64,000 nucleotides of DNA, from NCBI GenBank assembly GCA_977016875.1, contig CDRNST010000001.1, positions 806,001 to 870,000 of the forward strand, read 5' to 3'. Under the pieces are notes generated by a model. The model saw only the letters and a program-made list of their open reading frames with translations. It was not told the origin of the DNA and ran no database searches. The position numbers were made by a program, and so were the translations under genes. Origin of the DNA: Pavona decussata. Taxonomy: Eukaryota. Position 1 is the stretch's first letter. Each line of letters opens with the position of its first letter. Shown piece by piece: positions 1-11,830 of this stretch.

Positions 1-1349
1 TTATGATCTGCCGCCTCTTAAAGAGTCCATTTGTTTATCCCGCCGTTAGTCGCCTTGCTCTTTCTCCCATTGTTGGAAGGCAAAATTGGACGAAATTAGA
101 AAAATAAAACTCCAAGGGAAATAATGAACGTGGACCGAAAATATGGGCTCAAAAAACTGCTCAGAAACCATTAGTCTGCCTATTTAGCTTCAGCTTAAGT
201 TAAACTGCGTGTCAACACTGCAAGGAATCAATGTCTTGCAAAACATCAAACCAGCAAAGTTTTGTCATGAATATAATCGCCTATTCTGAGAATAACCAGT
301 CCTTTTATTTCATTGCTGTTTTTTTGTTCGTTTCACAACGTTAAGTGAGCAAAACGTTTCCCTTCAAGAGGAAAAATTCAATGTTCTTCGCGCCGGATCA
401 AAGTAAAATGATTTCACTTCAATATTGTGATGATGTGCCAGTCGATTTGTTTCTCCCGCTAGTAGTCGCCTTGCTCTTTCCCCGCTGTTGGTTACAAAAA
501 CTGCCTTTGTATTTTGTCGTCTTCAAAAATTGTTATTTTTCTTTCTAAAACGCAGTTGGCGATGCAACTTCCCTACGAAAAAACGCGAGTTGAGTGTGGA
601 ATTTCACAATGGCTTACATAGAGGGGCGGACGTACGTATGCACGGTCGGAAAGTGACGTCATAGCCGAAGCCAAAATTTTTCGCATTTATGGGTTTACCA
701 AAACCTCTAATCAATTAAATGGGGAAGGCCCGCGCGGAACTCCGCTATGAATTTAATTTTCTTGTGTTAAAAACAATATTTTACTCGCGCAATGTTACTT
801 TTACCACTCAAAAATAAAGCTCATATCTTTGCGCAAAGTATTCGATTATTAGTTATCCAGGAGGCAGGGCAAGATGGACGGTTGACAAACCAGGAAAAAA
901 AACACAAAAAATCACGGATGGTATGATGTTAATATCCTACTGTCTTTACTACTAAATAAAAACGTTTGATAACAGACTCACACTCTCTGTTGATTATGGA
1001 CTAAGAGTAAGGGGAATTGTTGGTTGCATGTGACGTCATGGCGGCTTTGTTGCTGTACAGGAACAATAAGATTTTTCTCCTCTGGGACTTAACTTCCATT
1101 TTTATGCAATCTACATGAACAAATTTTCTTTTGTTTTGTACACCAACATGGCTACAATGCAAACCACCTATAGCTGTTAGATTTCTCTTTTTAGGCAAAT
1201 TTTGGGAGACGTATCTTCAAACTTTCTGTGATAAACGACAACTTAAGAGCCATCCTGTATTTCAGTAACTCCAAAAACCTTTCATGAGAGATTCCTGGTA
1301 ATAATTGTACTTATTCCTATTCCGGAGTAGGGTTAATCGAACGCACCCT

Positions 1350-1635
1350 TAAGGCCGAATAAGACGGTACAACTTACGACTGCTTACGACTGTCGCATGC
1401 GATTTCTGGAGCGCGCGCTGCTCGCGTCGTGCAAAACCTCGCACACAACTCTCGTGACTCACCATTGCCTATACCTACGGTTGCCGTAGCATTTTAAAAC
1501 ATGTTTTTAAATCCTACAACATTTTTTGTTACGTGCACGACAGTTGTAAGCGAGTTGTAGGTTTGTTTTACACGAAACAAGTCGTGTCGTAGGCCTGTCG
1601 CATGCGACAAAGTCATACCGTGTAAATCACCCTTT
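1350..1635. mobile_element. Non-autonomous TIR element (MITE)
   Basis: Left end aggccgaataagacggtacaactt resembles the reverse complement of the right end (agggtgatttacacggtatgacttt); TAA/TTA-type flanks; boundaries approximate. Confidence 0.5.
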
Positions 1636-1754
1636 AGACAGCGCAATGTATGAATTTCATATATTCACTTCATAGTTGCAGATATCGTATATTCAATTAA
1701 TGCTTTAAATATACTTGTCAACAATAACAATTTAATTCGAAACATTTTTCTCAG

Positions 1755-2564
1755 GGAGTTGCGCGCCAATCCTGCTCAAAACTGACCTGCCAAAACAAGT
1801 GCTGTGGAACTGTCCCCTGTTAAAATGGCGGCACGTGTACTGAAGTGTGTGATGTCACCAAAAGAAGATTCAAATGCGCATGTCCTCCAGGATACACTGG
1901 ACACAGGTGCCAAATCGCGCTGCCTCCTCGATCCTGTAAAGACGTCATGATCTTTAACAAAGAGAAAACCAATGGCACCTACACTGTTATGTACCAACAG
2001 AACAAACCATTTCCAGTCCTCTGCGACTTTGCGTCCGAGCCAGGGTCAGCATGGACCCTGATCCAGTCTCAATCCTTGCAGAACAATGCCGCTGTGTTCA
2101 AGGGCAAAGCCTTCTATCTGCACGACATCCCAATCAACCAAGATGCACCCGAATGGAACAGCTACCGCCTGTCATTGTCCCGTATGAAGTCCATCCGGAA
2201 TGTCTCCACTCACTGGCGAGCCACTTGTAATTTTCCGACAAATGGAGTGGATTACCGTGATTACTGGAGAGTGTCTCTGGACAACTTGGATATTCTGGTG
2301 GCACCCAGTAACGATGAATTCTGCCTATCGACAGAGTTTGTGAATGTTCATGGACTTGAATGTTCCAACTGTACAGTGTTGTGTGGGTACAGTTCGCTGC
2401 ACTCTCTTCATCTCGACAGCTATTACGGTCCATCCAAAGGTTGTGACCTTGGGGGAGGAATAAAAAACGAAGGTAACTTCGGATTTTACCACACAATAAA
2501 CAAAGATTTCCGCTGCACAGCTTCAATGAATTCCACGACTCAGGTCTGGTTCGGAAGATTTTAG
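1755..2564 (+). pseudogene. Terminal exon of an EGF-like + fibrinogen-related (FReD-like) domain protein, with an in-frame TAA at 1821-1823
   Basis: Acceptor tttttctcAG at 1753-54. The exon reads GVARQSCSKLTCQNKCCGTVPC*NGGTCTEVC...FKCACPPGYTGHRC (EGF), then PRSCKDV...NGTYTV...FPVLCDF..EPGSAWTLIQS (FReD-like N-terminus), stop at 2564. Upstream exons are not identified in the window. Confidence 0.7.
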
Positions 2565-4944
2565 GTCGTACGCCCGAAAAATGTGGACGTGTTGGACCAA
2601 AGCATTTGTAGAATAATGGTAGGTCGATTGTAAGGGACGTTGAAAGTTCCACAAGGTTCTTCAGCAGGAACAGCTTTAAAGAAGGATGTTTCCACTGGTT
2701 TTAAACTGTGGATTACAATACGAAACGTTTAACACACTCACTGAAATATCTTCTAATTAACAAATCGACGACGATTTTTAAAATAACACGGAAAACGTGC
2801 CAGTTTCGATTATACCTAACTATCAGTATTTATATGGCTGTCATTTTCGAATTTTTAAGTACTTAAATGTTGAAATCAAAGTTGAAGGCTTCAACTAGGG
2901 TTTCGATTCGTCGCGATGTTTACGTTGTGCACGCTAAAGTTGAAGACTGATGATTCCAATAGGAATTAGACGGGAAAGCACGCGCCCAATGTTATAAAAT
3001 CTTATAGACATTAGCTACGAGCCAATCATCGTGCGGGAATTTTGAGAGTTATTGTAAAAAAAGTGAGGATTATGTCTCTGCTCCTGAGCGCATCCCCTTT
3101 ATGTGGTTCAGGACGGTGCCTGCTGGTAACACGGACGTTTTTCTTTTTGCGCAGTTCGGATGGCTATGGAGATCTTAGCAAGGGTTTTTGGAATGAAGAA
3201 AAAAAAAGTCGGAGTAAACACGCATTGTTTTACAGATAATAAAGCAAAAACTGTTCTAAATCAGATCAGCGCTCTGTATGTAAATTCACTGTGAAAATGT
3301 ATAACTGGTCGTTCGTTGCACCTTACATTTATCCTTTATTGTTGATATTATAAGCGGGCAATTATCTCCAGAATAAACTCTTTTATATGACTATGAGTGG
3401 TTTTCAATTGAACGTCGAAGGTAATTCAGTTTGTCTTCGTTTTGTTTTACTGGCTTTATCAACCAAAGAGAGGCAAAACCGTTTTATGGAGGAGGCAAAC
3501 ACACACGACGAATTTTTGTCTATTTCTAAACTTGGGCGCGGTCTCCAAGAACTCAACTCCAGAAAATTTCACCTACATTTGACATTTAAAGCGAGCTGGA
3601 ATAATTGCGACGACGTTTGAAAAAACGCGAATTCATTTAAATAGCCGTGACGTTTTCACTGCCATCGGCTTCGTCTTTGCTAAAGCTCCCCATTGTTCGT
3701 GGTTGTGCCAATTGGCAAGAATAATTATTTTGATTTGACTTACGAAACTCAGTTGGAAACTAAGAGCTTTTGGGGCAGTTCGTTGAAATAGCCTTCCGCG
3801 AGTTGGCAGGCAAACTCTCTTGGAACCTACAGAGCTGGCTGTAAACAATGCTTCCGCTTATTTACACGGCACTTAATTATGTATAACACCAGGCCAGCAG
3901 TATCTTACATTGTAAGTGCCATTTATATATTAGTTTTAGTGGTAGCTATTGTAGTAAAATTTTAATGCCGAATAAAAGTAGACAATGGACAAAAAAACGC
4001 ATTTATTCAACTCGGTCGCAATTGGAGCAATGCAAATCCGTAGCAAACTTATAAATTTGACACAAATTCTTGAAGTAAATGTTACGGAAATAAACAAGTT
4101 TGCTTCTGTTCAGTTTGTGCATGTGCAAATGCCATACAGATTTGCGCACCACGTCGAAGTTAAATGTTTTACAGCAATAGCAAATGCCGGCAAGCACTGC
4201 ACAAATCCCTTGCATTATGGATTCAAGACATTAAGCACAATGCAAAACTGCAAATTTCCGTATAGCTTATCCACTTTTCCTGGTACACAAACAAACTGCT
4301 AGAAAGTAATTAATGGCGGGCCTTTTGCACTAACTGGTCACATGGTACAAAATCCTTTGCACTTGATGCCAAAAGAATGTGGTAGATTCGAACACAAAGA
4401 AATTTCAACGTGTCAAGCTTGACTCCCCATTGTTCTCGGTGTCCCAGTGGAGGAAGCCACCCTTTTTTGCCATCCGGTATGGCGGAATTTTTACCAAGTG
4501 ACCAGATAGCGCAAAACGCCCATTTAGAAAATATGAGAGGATGCCAACATATTTATACTAATAACAGAAAAAATAATTATTATCGTGTTGTTATTATGAT
4601 TATAGCAGCCATAAATAATATAGTGTGTTTTAGAATCTCATGATCAAAGGAAGTAGACATTGGAAAAATTGAATGTTTTATATATCATTCTATAACCTGT
4701 GCTTGCAGTTTTGTTTTTGTTTTGTTTGTCCTATTGGCCATTTGGTCAATGGCATGAATAAAATTATCTATAGCATTATTGAATGGTCATGATCAGTACT
4801 TGAATTGTTAACGAAATATAATAATCTATTACTATCTGCTAATAATATTGATCCCTACCCTGTTATATCCAACGAGAAAAGTTAACACGATTACGAGAGC
4901 ATAATGATCGATCATATACTGTACTGTGTATACTTGGTATACAG

Positions 4945-5205
4945 AGAAAACTTGTTCAATGACAACGTTTACCAATCTTTGCAAACTTGTTCAATCGAAC
5001 AGTTTGATCAACTTAACTACCCCATGCAAAATTGTTCAACATTTTTCATTTTTGTCATATTTGCTTGAATAAGCATGTTTGATTACATTTCCTAGTATGA
5101 GCAAACTTGTTAAATATAAATACTACGAGTTTGATCACAATTGTAATCTCATCAAACTTGTTCAGTACTACGAGTTTGATCACATTTGCTAATATGAGCA
5201 AACTA
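4945..5205. repeat. Degenerate minisatellite
   Basis: Recurrent aaacttgttcaat / cgagtttgatcaca / gagcaaact motifs at roughly 35-55 bp spacing. Confidence 0.55.
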
Positions 5206-6632
5206 TACAAGTCATTACAATTACATTTCACACTGACTACATCATATTTAAGGAAATGCCTAGCAGCATTCCACTCCCCACCGACGCATCATCACAGTTT
5301 GCTTAGAAACTAACCCCCTTAAAAACCCCCCTGAAATTGTTGGATTCACCTTTTAAAAGTCCCAACAAGAGTACAGTTTTGTTTTGTCTCAACTCATCAA
5401 TCTCGTTCCCGCGTTTGCTTGCGTCTATTAATGACCCCTTTAAGCCTAAACACTGATCGCAACGTATATTCTACTCACTATGCCCATATATGACTTACGA
5501 TATAAGTTGGGAGAAGTCGTTTAAGTATCAAGGAATTTTACTTTACCTGATCATTTCCTCTATTCTCATGGCCAGTATGTTTAATCACGTAGCGGCCTTG
5601 TAAGGAGAAAATACAAGCTGATCACAAAGGGTTAACCAATCACTTCTCAAAACGAAAACATACAAGAACACAGGCAACGTGGCCTCAGTGACAGTCAAAT
5701 GTCATCAGCAATTTTCTCAGAGTCGCAAAGAACGTTGGTTTATCCATCGCAGCTGTATTAAATGATCATTGTACTATCCAGCGGCAGTAAGCCATTTTCT
5801 TGCCACAAGCGTTAAATACAGATATGATTCATCCTCGTAGACCCTGAGGCAGACAATCGAGACGCGGCAAACACTTCGCGGGCGAATACGGCATAAGCGA
5901 AGATTCCCCCGGAGGATAATGCACACAATCGTGTCTTTTTACGAGGTTTACCACACGGTAAAATTCGTTTGGATCTACAGCGCTTAGAGATTGAAGTTTG
6001 TGGTGTCAGCCATTGAGGTTTATCAGGAGCCATAGGGGATTATGGCTCCAGGTATAATATTTTGGTAGTATTTAAAATTTGCTTAGTTTTTGTGTTGATT
6101 ACCAGGAAAAGATCCCAGAACGCGGCACTTCACGGCTGCTTGAACATGCTTCACCCGGATCGCCATTTTGAGTAGCACGAGGACCCTGAGGACGAGGCAT
6201 CCTCGGAAACCTAGGAGGAGATAGTGGGGACGAGGGAAAAAGTCGAAAAAACTCCATCGAATTTTTCCTCTCCCCCACCATTGCCCTCTGGGTCACCGAG
6301 GATGGGGGCCAGGTTGTCAGGATGGTGCCTCGGTTTGATAGTGCGCACTAATTCAACCAACGGGATTGTCATAAACTGGCCAAAAACATTTCTGTTATAG
6401 GAGAAACCGTCCTTAACAACAGAGGAAGAAGAATGTCATTACCGATCGTTCTAGACATTTTTCTATACCCATGTTTTCTTCCTCGCTATGCAAGCACTGT
6501 GTGCGAGAATGTTTTCAACCCATAGCCTTCGCATCTACGCTAGATATGCGCAAAAAGAGGAGAAAGGTGCGGTATTGCGGAATATCTAAATATAAGAGCT
6601 GATTGCTCTCGACGCTGTTATGCGCGCGTGAG

Positions 6633-6674
6633 CAATCTCGTTCCCAGGGCCCTCGTTATCTGGGAACAAGATTG
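6633..6674. mobile_element. 42-bp palindromic micro-transposon with 9-bp TSD
   Basis: caatctcgttcccag...ctgggaacaagattg flanked by gcgcgtgag at 6624-6632 and 6675-6683. Confidence 0.75.
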
Positions 6675-9600
6675 GCGCGTGAGTGACAAGCAGTTAATAT
6701 GACATCATAAAGGGACTGGACGCGCTTTTATGATTTTCGTAGTTTACCAATTCCGAATACAAAATTATGGAGCGAAAAATATTGACAATTCAATGTCATC
6801 AGTATGGACTGCTCTCCCACTCTGATTAGTTGAGTCGAGATGGAATGAAATTAGGTATTTTCTCGGGCTATATTTTTGCATTTTCTTTGCAAAACTTCTG
6901 GGTGAGTTGTCTTATCACCACTCTGAGACCTAAATTAACGAAAATGTTTGCAATTTAAACGTAAATGACTAGACGATTCAGCTTTTTCAAGTTAAATCAA
7001 GAAAAGCATATCCGCGTAAAATTTGACGAGGGCGTTTACGAAAATTCCGCCATTTAGCCGAAGGTTTTTGCTTGGTCTCGATTAAATCAAATTCCACATT
7101 TCCTAGAAAGTAAAAGACCAGTGTCATCAAAATGCGGTCATTCACCGGGTAAATTCTTTTGGACTCCTGTTTCACAACAGTCAAGGATTTTCAGTCACGA
7201 AAGTATGCATCGTCAGGGTCACTTATCCATTTCGCGGAAAGCAGGGAGGATAAGGATGTCTTGGGGGGGGGGGGGGGGGATGGTGAGTGATAAAACGATG
7301 GCTGAAACCAGCGGAAAGAAATGACACCGCCATTATTTCACGCTACACAACAGGTTAGAAAGGGATCGACTACTGGGCTTGTATTATTGTCGGAAAGAGC
7401 TGTTAATGTGCTCCAACTCTCACGGCTTTGGAAAATAAAGTTGCTCATTTTATTTCATGTATATATAAACAAATAACTTTATTATTTTATTTTTTTTTTA
7501 ACTTTCCATTTCATTAGTTGTAGAGTATAATACGAAAGGTCGAGTAGAGAAAATATGGTGGTACAGTTTGTAGCTGCTCTGGGTTTGTTATCGCGTGAGG
7601 CCTGCTTGATCTGGCGCATACCACGGGGGTCCTGTCTGGGTGTATTTTTACTCTTCTTCGAGTTGGTTTAGAACAGACACTTGCTGGATAGATCGTGAAG
7701 GAAAGAGAAACAACAAAAACTCTCAATACTATTGCAATAAGGGTGTAAACGAATCAAAGTTTTGTAGAGTTGAGTGGTTGTTTGAGCGCGTCTCACATCA
7801 TACACCTCACCTTCCCCTTCAGTGGTACAATGATCTTATTAAGGGTTTGTCAGGACTGGCAGAAACAGTTTGTTCATAAATCATGGATGAATCTGATGTG
7901 GATTCTTAATTCTACCAGTCACTAACCTACCATGTATGATTCAGTAGTTCAGATCGTCCAAGGATTTTAATTTTCCAATTGTCTCACAGTAAACACCACA
8001 AAGTGATTCGTCAGATACTTAGATTAAAAAAAAGCGCTTGGAAGAGAAATATAGCGTAAACTGCCGCTTATAAGACCCCCTCCCCCCCGCTTATAGACCC
8101 ATCTACCTGTAAACCACAAAATACATCCCATTATAAACCCCACCCCCCCCCCGGATATTAGCCTCCCTCTTACTTTCCCTGTTTCGAGTGATATTAAGAA
8201 CTTTCACAGAACTCTGTACTACTTCAAACAGAAAATTGGAAAACTTATGGCGGAACAATAAGTTTATTACTCCCTTTATACTATGTACTGTTTATATAAC
8301 TACCGTATAACTTTCTCGTAAAAACTAACTTTTCAATGCTTTACTGTAGTTGCAGTTTCGTTTGTGTTGTTAGTGTTAATTATTATTTTTTATTCCGGTT
8401 GTAAGCCCCTTATTAGCCCACCTAACACCCTTACGAAGTTGTATAAGTCCAGAGCTTTTATGCTGCAGTTTGCGGTATAAGCTTTTCGTCTGGACAAACG
8501 AAACTGTCCGTAATGTCCGGGTGTCCGTAAAGCGAGTTCTACTAGCTGTATAATATTCGTTAGTATTTAAAATTTAATTTGCGAAGTTTTGGTGATGATT
8601 ACTTGGAAAGGATCCCAGAATGCGGCACGTCTCGGCTGCTTTACTTGAACCGCCATTTTGAATATCGCGAAGATCTTGGGAACGAAGTTGCCAGGAACGT
8701 TTTCGGGATGGTGCAGCTACTAAACTACTTATTCAACGGGTTTTTTTTTCGCGGTATATGACGATAAATGAAAAAAATCTTTGCAAGGTCTGTTTCAATC
8801 CAAAAGGAAAATTAAAGGTAACTACGCATTTTAAATTAAGCTTAAATTTGGAAAAAAAACCCAAACATTGTGTGGAATCCGCTGAATGACTAACCTTGAG
8901 CCCGCAAGAAAAATCAGCATGCGAACATTATTGAGCATGAACTGAGACAAAAAGAACTGAACTGAGTCGCCATCTTGACTTGTTTCGTCAAAGACTTTGA
9001 GTATTTTGGTCGTGTTACTGTTGTTGAAATTGAATTGAAAGCTTGTGATTACATTAAATTGAAGGTTTTTACACATTGTTACGTCTTTTAAAGCTAGGAA
9101 ATGCGTGGTTCCAATTTCTTTCTGGATTCCAATTGCCCTTGCTAAGATCAGCTTTTCACGTAAGACTGTGAACAGGCTCTCAAGAAGGGGGGGGGGGGGG
9201 GGGGATATAGGGAGGAAATAAATCGAGTTTAGTCTAGACCTCGCTCCGCTCACCGAGTTTTCCCTTCCCCTGTGCCCTCCCCTGATCCTGTTCACTGTCT
9301 ACTTTTCAGGAACAGTCATAAGCTGTAATCTTGTTGCGTGTTTCAAACACTACATGGAGGCAGAGGAAGAGTTGAGAAGCAGGAGCATATATTTATGTAC
9401 GTGTTACGTTTTGTACGACTTCAAGTTACCACAACCATATACTCTAACCTCTTGCAATTCAACAGAAACATCTGTAGGGGCATTTTTTAACATAACTCGA
9501 TTTATGCAAAGTGGGAACTTTTTCACAGATCTGCGCTTTATTTGAACTGTTTTCAAACATAAATATCTTAAAATTGGAGCCACTCATAAAGCTCAATACA

Positions 9601-9789
9601 CATTTAGGATGTTTTGCTATAAGCAGAGACCATTAACACTCAGTCTACGTCACGCGTGACCAGTTTTTCCGACATTGAAATGAACATTCGAATTCCTTTT
9701 CTTAACTCATTCATTGCGGAGCTTGCGAAGCAATGGATGAGTTTTTGCAGAGATGGGCAAAACGGCGTTAGCAAAATCTGCGTAGACGG

Positions 9790-9862
9790 ATGTGACGTCG
9801 TTAGCGAAAATAGCGGAAGTGACGTAAAACTTGGTTGGATTTGAGCAACCGCTGACCAATAA
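9790..9862 (+). promoter_or_regulatory. Putative internal promoter of the element
   Basis: Cluster of TGACGT (CRE-like), CGGAAGT (ETS-like) and CCAAT motifs just inside the left TIR. A GTAAGT donor at 10148 suggests a spliced 5' leader. Confidence 0.35.
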
Positions 9863-10703
9863 GTCAACTTGCCACGAATAGCAAACAAAACAAGCCTAAT
9901 TAAAGATTGCAAAACACCGTGATTAAATGATTGCAAAACACCGTGAGGGAATTTATATTTTTAAGGTGGGTATTCAGTAAATAAAATTAGTCCAAGACAT
10001 TCTTTTTACTCCGAAAATGAGCCCGCGTACGTACCGTCCCCTCCAGGGGCTGTTTTTGTCCATTGGGTCTCATCGCCTCGTGTTCCGTGCCAGAGAAGGA
10101 AGCCATTTTTGGTAGGAATATTTGACTCTCTTTCACACGTCATTTCGGTAAGTAAATTCTCTCTGTTGACGATTATTTCATTTGCTTTAAAACTTACAAC
10201 ACATACATAAAAAGTGAAGCGACCTACAATCTGGCTAAATCTGTTTTTACAGCGCAAATTTCGATCAGGTTCCACGGTCGCGCGTACATGTGTAATACAG
10301 ATTGCCGTACAAGGCCCAGCTATCAAACTGGCAAACAAACTTACCTTAAAAACTGTTAAGATGCAGATTTATGGTGTAATGCAAAGCTTTATCAGCTACA
10401 TACAGGAGAAGTTTAACTCCATCGCTTGTAATGTACGTTCGTTTCTTTGCCTTTGTTGGTACCAAAACGATGATTCACAAAGTCAACTTAATGATAGTGG
10501 ACCGAAAACTCTTCCACTAGGATGTATATGCAGTGACGAACACGCTGACAAACAAATCAAGGAAACAATGCAGGTACATGTAAATAAACAAATGATTAGA
10601 AGATCTCGCTTTCACCTATTTATCAATTCAAGCCAGCCCCGTAAAATTTGCAAGTCGAGAGACAGAGCCCTCTCGAGAATACTTGCAATGCAATTAAAAC
10701 GCT

Positions 10704-11830
10704 TTGCAAAAGAGTAGAAAAGTGAGACAGTCATTGCGAAAACATGCCCTCAAAATCGTTCCAAAGTCATCGAAACTCCATGAATATCTCAGCAGAAAAA
10801 GTCATGTGTACCACAGGCTAACTTATGACCTGTTTTGCATCACACATAAATGCAAACAGTCCAAACAGTCTGTAAAATATAGCTACGGTGCTAATCAGTG
10901 CCTTTATTTAGTTTTTGTGCAAATCGGAAGCCCTAAACACAAGAAAGTTCCTGTGGTTAGTTACATTACCAACATGACTGGTTTAGCTCGATTGAAATGT
11001 TCCAGATTAAAAGCATTATGGGTGTTGAGTCGTATTGTCTCACTTAGTGGTGATGTAGAGAAAAATCCTGGCCCGACCAATCAGTGCAATGAAAACAGAA
11101 ATGCAAATTGCCTATCTGTAGCCAACCCAGTCTCATTACTAGAATCGAGATTGTCTCAAGTTGGTAGAGTTGCTATTGATGTTGGAGGTGCAGGCGATTG
11201 TTTCTTTCATGCTATATCACATCTTTTATCACATCAGTTGTTTGGGACTCCCGACTACCATTTGCATATACGAAGCCAAGGAATGCAGTATTTATTGCAT
11301 AACCCAGAGCTGTTTATAGAAAGCAATACTGAACGATCATGGCAGGATTATCTCAACGATATGTCAAGAGAAGGAACATGGGCTGATGGAATAATAATTC
11401 AAGCAGTTGCTAATTGTCTTAATCTGACAATCAACATAGCAGAATCATTTGAAAACTTTTCTCCACTAACAGTTATCCATCCAGTCAACACTCAGAGAAA
11501 TTCAACCCAAGTTTTTATTGGTCACAAAGGAGAATGTCATTATGTTTCTACTGTAAATCTTTTAAATTTGCAATGTAACAGACAAGAACAGGTGGCAAAT
11601 GATTATTTTTATAAAGATCAACAGTTAGTTTATGCAGTTAGAATTGATGCTGAACAAGCAAAAGCAAAACAAAAAGCATGTGAGAAGGATTACATCCAAA
11701 GCGAGAGACAAAATACTGCTCATACGGAAATGGACAATGAACAAGCAAGAGAAAAACAAAAAACACGCAAGAGGCATTACATCCGAAAAAAGAGGCTAGA
11801 TACTGCTTATACAGAAATTGAAAACGTTAA
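10704..11830 (+). pseudogene. 5' part of Helentron polyprotein: 2A-like peptide + OTU-type cysteine protease + basic/coiled repeats
   Basis: LSGDVEKNPGP (11043-11075). OTU motifs DVGGAGDCFFHAIS, WADGIIIQAVAN and IGHKGECHYVS. The ORF is cut at the TTAA of the inserted element (11827-30). The true start is unclear; overlapping ORF 10214-10717 may be frameshifted N-terminus. Confidence 0.8.

Noticed and set aside
2134-2652. 172-aa minus-strand ORF
   Set aside because: It is antisense to the FReD exon, with no recognisable domain.
4945-5205. Repeat-spacer-like pattern
   Set aside because: Units are degenerate and the intervening sequences resemble each other; this is a minisatellite.
2700-9600. 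Numerous 60-150 aa ORFs
   Set aside because: They overlap repeats, often use non-ATG starts, and show no domain signatures or consistent splice structure.
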